Assembly (NCBI GenBank): GCA_045837725.1
Contig: JBEWZL010000292.1
Coordinates: 124,001 to 177,105, forward strand
DNA: 53,105 nt
Direction: 5' to 3'
Origin: Vermamoeba vermiformis
Lineage: Eukaryota
Shown: in pieces, positions 47,582-53,105 of the stretch
Layout: each line of letters starts with the position of its first letter
Position numbering within the stretch: position 1 is the stretch's first letter
The notes under the pieces: generated by a model
Told to the model about the DNA's origin: nothing
Seen by the model: the letters and a program-made list of their open reading frames with translations, nothing else
Database searches by the model: none
Translations under genes and position numbers: made by a program

Positions 47582-48169
47582 ATGGAACACAATGCTCCGA
47601 CTTGGTCTTATGACTGGCTGCCAGTAGAAATCCTCGAGATGGTGATAACTTACTTGCCCGATTTTACATCATTTCGGAACAGCCGCTTGGTGAATTGTTT
47701 ATGGTACAATGTGACGCACGAATTATCTGGAAGTTATTGGAAATTAAAATACCAATATTATTTCGGTGGTCCAAAAGAAGAAGGTCAATCTGACGAAGAA
47801 GCGTTTAGCAAGAGCCAAAAAGAGATTATTAAGCAATATAAGCAACTTACAAGCACAGGCCTTGGTGCGCGTATTATGGTCGAGCAAAGTTTGACGATCT
47901 GGGCCAGAAAACTCGGCCACGAAGGATTCATCCAGCACATCGTCTTACACGAGAAAAAGCTGAACGAGCTGTTATCATTACCAGATTATAGTCAAAAATC
48001 GCATTCACAATGGTTCTATAATACTAAAGACACTGAAGTGGCCCATCCAGTAGGCAAATCTGCTTCGCGAGAAAAACAACGAGCAGATTTAATAATGACG
48101 CGACAAGAAATGGCTGAACGCAAAAAGAAGATTGCCATTCATAATTATACAAAGAATAACTCTAAATAA
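47582..48169 (+). CDS. F-box protein (single exon)
   Basis: WLPVEILEMVITYLPD......RLVNCLWY......YWK is a typical F-box. Confidence 0.75.
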   Translation: MEHNAPTWSYDWLPVEILEMVITYLPDFTSFRNSRLVNCLWYNVTHELSGSYWKLKYQYYFGGPKEEGQSDEEAFSKSQKEIIKQYKQLTSTGLGARIMVEQSLTIWARKLGHEGFIQHIVLHEKKLNELLSLPDYSQKSHSQWFYNTKDTEVAHPVGKSASREKQRADLIMTRQEMAERKKKIAIHNYTKNNSK

Positions 48170-48342
48170 TGCACTCGGGCCAATACTAAGCATTTTTTTG
48201 TTATGGTAGTCAGATCCGCAATCAAAATTAGAAATAAAAGGTTACAAAATTGCATAAAAATGATTTTAATATTTAACACATTAATTACATTGTGCCGTAG
48301 TCTTATAACCAGGCTATTCTAATTTACAAAAATAATAATAAA

Positions 48343-48726
48343 TTATTTTCTAAATTTTTCTTGCCATTCTCGCCTCTTCGTCATCCAAAAATACTTTTGC
48401 ATTTGGACATATCTTGAAAAAGCACCTTGTTTTTTCTGCATAAACCATGGCACTTCATCTTTCGGTGGAGCCTTATTTTCAATTGTAGACGTGGATCCGG
48501 ATGTACCTTTTGAGCCAGGCTGAGGACCAGATTTCGCTTCAGAGCTCTTAAATAATTCTTCCGCTTGTTGTTTCAGTTTATCTGCACTTGGTTTGCCTAC
48601 ATCTTTCCACTTCTCCATGGCTCGTTTAACAGCCTCATCTACTTTCTGTTGTACGTGCGGATGCTTCATTGCCTCGCGAGCTATACGCGATACTATTAGC
48701 GCTAGTATTTGAAATATATTTGACAT
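48343..48726 (-). CDS. Small hypothetical protein (127 aa)
   Basis: Single ORF with an ACAGCCATG start, flanked by AT-rich spacers; no recognised domain. Confidence 0.55.
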   Translation of the reverse strand: MSNIFQILALIVSRIAREAMKHPHVQQKVDEAVKRAMEKWKDVGKPSADKLKQQAEELFKSSEAKSGPQPGSKGTSGSTSTIENKAPPKDEVPWFMQKKQGAFSRYVQMQKYFWMTKRREWQEKFRK

Positions 48727-49012
48727 GGCTGTAGTGTGTTGTTTAGGAGGCTAATTGAAATAAAATGAAAATCAATCCATACTGAACTCACTTCACCTAC
48801 TCGAGTGAGATGATTCTTCTATGTCAGATGATATTAAGTACCAATGTTATCATTACGTTGCGACGAGAGCTGGATCTAAAGAACGACAAGATCGAGATCA
48901 ACTATAGTTTCAGGGCTGGACTTAGTATTCACATTTCATTGCTTTATTTACAACCAAAATAAATATTTTTCGAGGAATTATTTGATATTACAGCGCTACA
49001 TCTGCAACATTC

Positions 49013-52000
49013 TTACTGATTGACAATCAGTTTGTTGAGCGCTAATGCGACAATGTCTTCTTGCTCTAATATGAAGAAATTTGATATTAATCCACTGTCT
49101 AATATCGCTTCATTGAGCTGCTGCTGGCTGATCTCGTCTGTGCTGGGCTGCAAATGACACCTGTCAAAAGTGTCATCGACAAACTTGGCCAGTTGTTCAG
49201 GCGGTCTTTCAAATACAATGCCTCGTGTATTATATACTTGATACAAGCTGTAATATTTTAATTAGATTAAGGTATTATTAATAGTCATGTCAAATATCGT
49301 ACCTTGTAAATAATGTCATCAAGTTCAAAAATTGTTGTCGGTCGATTTTGCCATCATTATTCTCGTCACAACAGCCATAACAAACTATAATTGGATTATA
49401 TGATTAGTAATATGGTATAATAATACTATAGTACCAATAACTTACAATCAAAGCGATCTTTCAGTGAACCTTTGTACAATTGTCCGAGGGTCAATACGAA
49501 CTCATTAATATCCAAGTGCTGATCTCCATTCTTATCGAAGTACTATTAAATAATAAGTAGGTGTTGGCTACTATCAGGGATATAAAGTGCAATTAATTTG
49601 AATGCTTGCGTACCTTGAAAATGTCATCGACAAAGTGCGTGTCAAGGAGGTGTTTCCAGAACGGGAAAAACTTGACAAAGCAAGCACGGAATGATTTTTC
49701 GCTCATTAATTGATCTTCTTCGCCTTTGAGACATGAAAAGAACTTGTCGTATAGAGATTCGACTTCGAGACCATCGACTTAAAGTAGATCAAGTTAGCAT
49801 CACTAATCAAATATATAATTCTTTTTCTTATTTCACTTACATCTTGTAGTGCTCGTCAAATGACTTATCTTTGACTTTTTAGCATCGCCTTTCATATTGA
49901 GAATCAGCTCAAACTTGTGTCTGTTGCGCAATTGTTCGATTTGTTGGGTGGGCAAGTCATTGAAATCTTCCAAGAAAGACTAAAAGAAATGTATTAGTAA
50001 TAATCAAAACGACGTTATATATTTAAAGATAGTGGTAAAATTTTCTACGGATCCGCTTTGTAGGCGCAACTTTGCAACGGATCCTCAAAGAGGTAAATAA
50101 GCCTTACCTTCAATAATACCTCAGGGTCGTATGAAGACGCGCTTCGCATCAATGATAAAATCTCTTCAACGCGGTCAGTCGCCAACAACCTCTGTCTGTT
50201 GGACTTGAACAGCGCGAGTCCCATGCGGAACAACACTTCACTGCCACTCAAGAAGAACCGATCCATCACTCTGAATGTGACTTCAAATGGGATGTAACCG
50301 ATGAATAGTGATAAGAACCACGGTGTTGAGATGAGTGATATTGGTGTGCCAAATTTGTCCAAGTGCGAGGGCAGATCCGGCATGTAATACTCCACCAAGA
50401 ACTCGAAGATCTTTATATCGATAATAGAACCCACCTACAACAAGATATTAGCCCCAATAGTCACCGAGGGCCTGTGCACAGACTAGTGCAGGGTGTGGAC
50501 TTACCATGGACGGGCGGTAGTACTCGGGCATGTAATCTTCACAGATCGTGCACAACGTCCAAAAAGCACTCTCTTCGTCCATAAATAACAATAAAGTGGC
50601 GGCAACAAAGTTCTAAGAATGATTAGACCGACGTCCTAGTTCGAACTATTTGTGACGTACCATCGCTTGACAATAACCAATGACGGGATTGTACCACGAG
50701 TAAACCTTCAGCACATTTTGCAACGCTTTAATGCCCTCGGGTGTTTGATAATAAGGGTGCTCTGGCAAGCTTCTATGCACATCCTACAAGACAATATAAG
50801 TCACAAGGTCATATGTCACACTTAATGTTGTTGGTACGTACCCTATCGATGGCTTCAGTGTGCGTAGAATGCTGATTATAGTATCGCTCTTTGAGCACGT
50901 GATAACTCTCAGGCGCGACTAATGCTCTATTAATAGCACCCGAATTGAGTTTCCAAATGTAGCCTCTGAATGAGTCCGGAACACCGCCTTTGACTAAATT
51001 GTTGAACTCATCTGTACGAATAATTGCAGCGCCAATGCCTAAAAATATCATTAGCACGGCGTATAAAACGTTAGATTTTGATGAGTCATATACCGTAGCC
51101 AGAAAAGTATTGAGCCCAACGTTCTTCCAATAGAAGTCTTTGGGCCACGTAATTAGCTGAAAATTGGAACGGCAGCTTGAGGAATTCTTCGCCGACTTTA
51201 ATATCCCGCGCCGAGTCGTCTAATATTCCGAGGTTGATCGGCAATGCAAACGAACTCTTCCACAAATAATTCAATTTGTTGAAAAACTCGTCTCGCTTGG
51301 GCAAAGTGAAGAAAAACTGACGATGAGGCGAGACGTTAGTATTAAGTACTCTTGTAGTATATGCTGGTGCTTACTCTAGGTCCCTGTGTGGTAACAACGA
51401 TGGCGTTGCCAGACCAACTCAAAGCCGTGCGATCAGTAGTCAACGAGACAATTGTCTGCAACGGAATGACGAGTCGGATCTGCCATCCAGCTTCAAAACA
51501 CAAGAAGTTCTGTGAGACGTATATTCTTCCTTTCTTATATCCACCAGAGTTTGTATGCATATTGACCACGTAGAAACTGCTCGTAGATTCTATCAAAAGA
51601 TTAGTCTTCGGACATAAGATGGCACGTGTCAAAATGTACCTTCTAACAATGTCTCAGAGGCAGGCAATCTGAATAACTTTTGATAGGTCTCGTTGCGAAT
51701 GTGTACGTCAAGAATAGCTTTTCTGGCCGTTGGTGCATTGCCAATCTCTTGTCTCATTTTGTCTTCTAGGGTTACTGGAATCGTCAATGGTGGCACGTTA
51801 GCGCCTGCACTGCTAGGTTGAGTCTTTGAAGGACTATCGGAGGGCGCCCCTGACTGCGATGAGGTACTATTTGTGTCGCTATCGGCATCGTTCTGATCGG
51901 GATCCGGCTGTGGAATTGCATCAATGTCACCTTCATCAAAGGACGCCTTTGGTGTTCGCGGTGTAATGAGAGGACTATCGGGCACACTTGACATCGATGA

Positions 52001-52973
52001 ATTCAATGACATGAACGCGTCTGAACCCTACAATGACACGTGTCAAAGGTTGTTCAGGAAAAAGCATTGATTGACTTACGTGAGATGAAGATAAAAATCC
52101 ACGGCTCTTTGACAGTACGTCTTCGTCAGCCATTGATGTAACAACAAAATTTTTCAACGAGTCATAGCTCTGGTCAGTTTGATTTTCAACTTCAGCCCAC
52201 TTCAATAGCCGAGCCATTGTTATCTTCCATAATCGTTCAATTAATTGGAAAGATTCGTCGCGCGTTCTGAACATCGAAAAAGTGTGCTGTATCATATAAG
52301 AATCATATTAGTTCCTCGTAAAGATTTAAAACTGCTGCGTATGTGTCACAGATCGCGATAATTTCAATCGAAATTTCTCCCTAGTTTCAAATGCTTATCA
52401 ACGTACTGTCTTGCCCTCGTTAGTCTCTACTTGTATAGAGTCGTTTAATAGCCAATTTGTGCGTGCTTTCTTGAGGGTAGTTACGGATTTGAAAGGAATG
52501 ACAATGGTTTCTCCAAGCATTCTTGATCCAAAGCACATAAACTAAATGCAATATTATGAATAAGTGGTTCGAATGATAGTATGAGTGATGCTTACATTTT
52601 CGGTGATATAGAGCCATCCATATCGGTAAAATGTTCTTCGTACGGCGCAGGAATAATCTAAATTAAGATATTATTGAGATATTCAATTTTAAAATATTTA
52701 GCTGTTGATAATATGCTCCTATTATATGTTATTGAGGTGCTGCAGTAATCCCTCAATTTTTTAATAATTTTCAAATAAAACCTCTGTCTACGTATGACTG
52801 GTCCTCTTACACGTCACTAGACTCTCTTCTTCAGGCAAACCGAACTTGGATAAGTCTACTCGTGACTGAGGTGGTGAATTAGACACTTGTGGTTGCTGGT
52901 TTTGAGCAGCTGGAGGATCTTTTTTGTCGATCGAAGTACGCGATCCTTCATCACTTGAAGTTCGTTTTTCCAT
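49013..52973 (-). CDS. TBC1D8/TBC1D9-like Rab GTPase-activating protein (two GRAM domains + TBC + EF-hands), multi-exon
   Basis: [76 protein letters not shown]-hand: [13 protein letters not shown]. Confidence 0.9.
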
Positions 52974-53105
52974 TGTATTAATTATGCTTAATTGTACAAT
53001 TACTATCAGTTGCTCATTGTAGTGGTAGTGGTGTTTAAGACAAAAAGAAGATTATTAATTTCGCCCAGGTCAACACAAAAACTTAATTTTTCCGTACGCG
53101 AACCC

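Overview
Gene-dense eukaryotic genomic DNA with many short (about 45-100 nt) spliceosomal introns. The gene content and architecture suggest a free-living amoebozoan-type protist; this is an inference and the species is not identified. About 28 protein-coding genes were reconstructed by manual splicing. Recognisable ones: SRPBCC protein, WDR70, RNA Pol III subunit RPC5, two tandem CAP/PR-1 genes, CCNDBP1-like, BTB-SPRY, mitochondrial-type CCA-adding enzyme, ADP-ribosylarginine hydrolase, PSI-domain membrane protein, UBA4/MOCS3, PRP28/DDX23, sorbitol dehydrogenase, RAD1, GH18-like protein, four F-box genes and a GRAM-TBC-EF-hand RabGAP. Most notable observations: (1) two U12-type (minor spliceosome) introns, one AT-AC and one GT-AG; (2) an apparent PRA1-RhoGEF(DH-PH) fusion gene, where retention of one intron would give PRA1 alone; (3) an intronless, bacterial-looking glycoside hydrolase with a eukaryotic signal peptide and GPI-like tail (HGT candidate); (4) a ubiquitin-like/UBA-like/F-box/LRR gene missed by the ORF track; (5) a MITE-like element; (6) a recurrent, mostly intronic 12-bp palindrome TGACACGTGTCA; (7) a possible Crinkler-like nuclease-fold protein. 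Gene spans include introns, and all family calls come from motif recognition by eye, not database searches.
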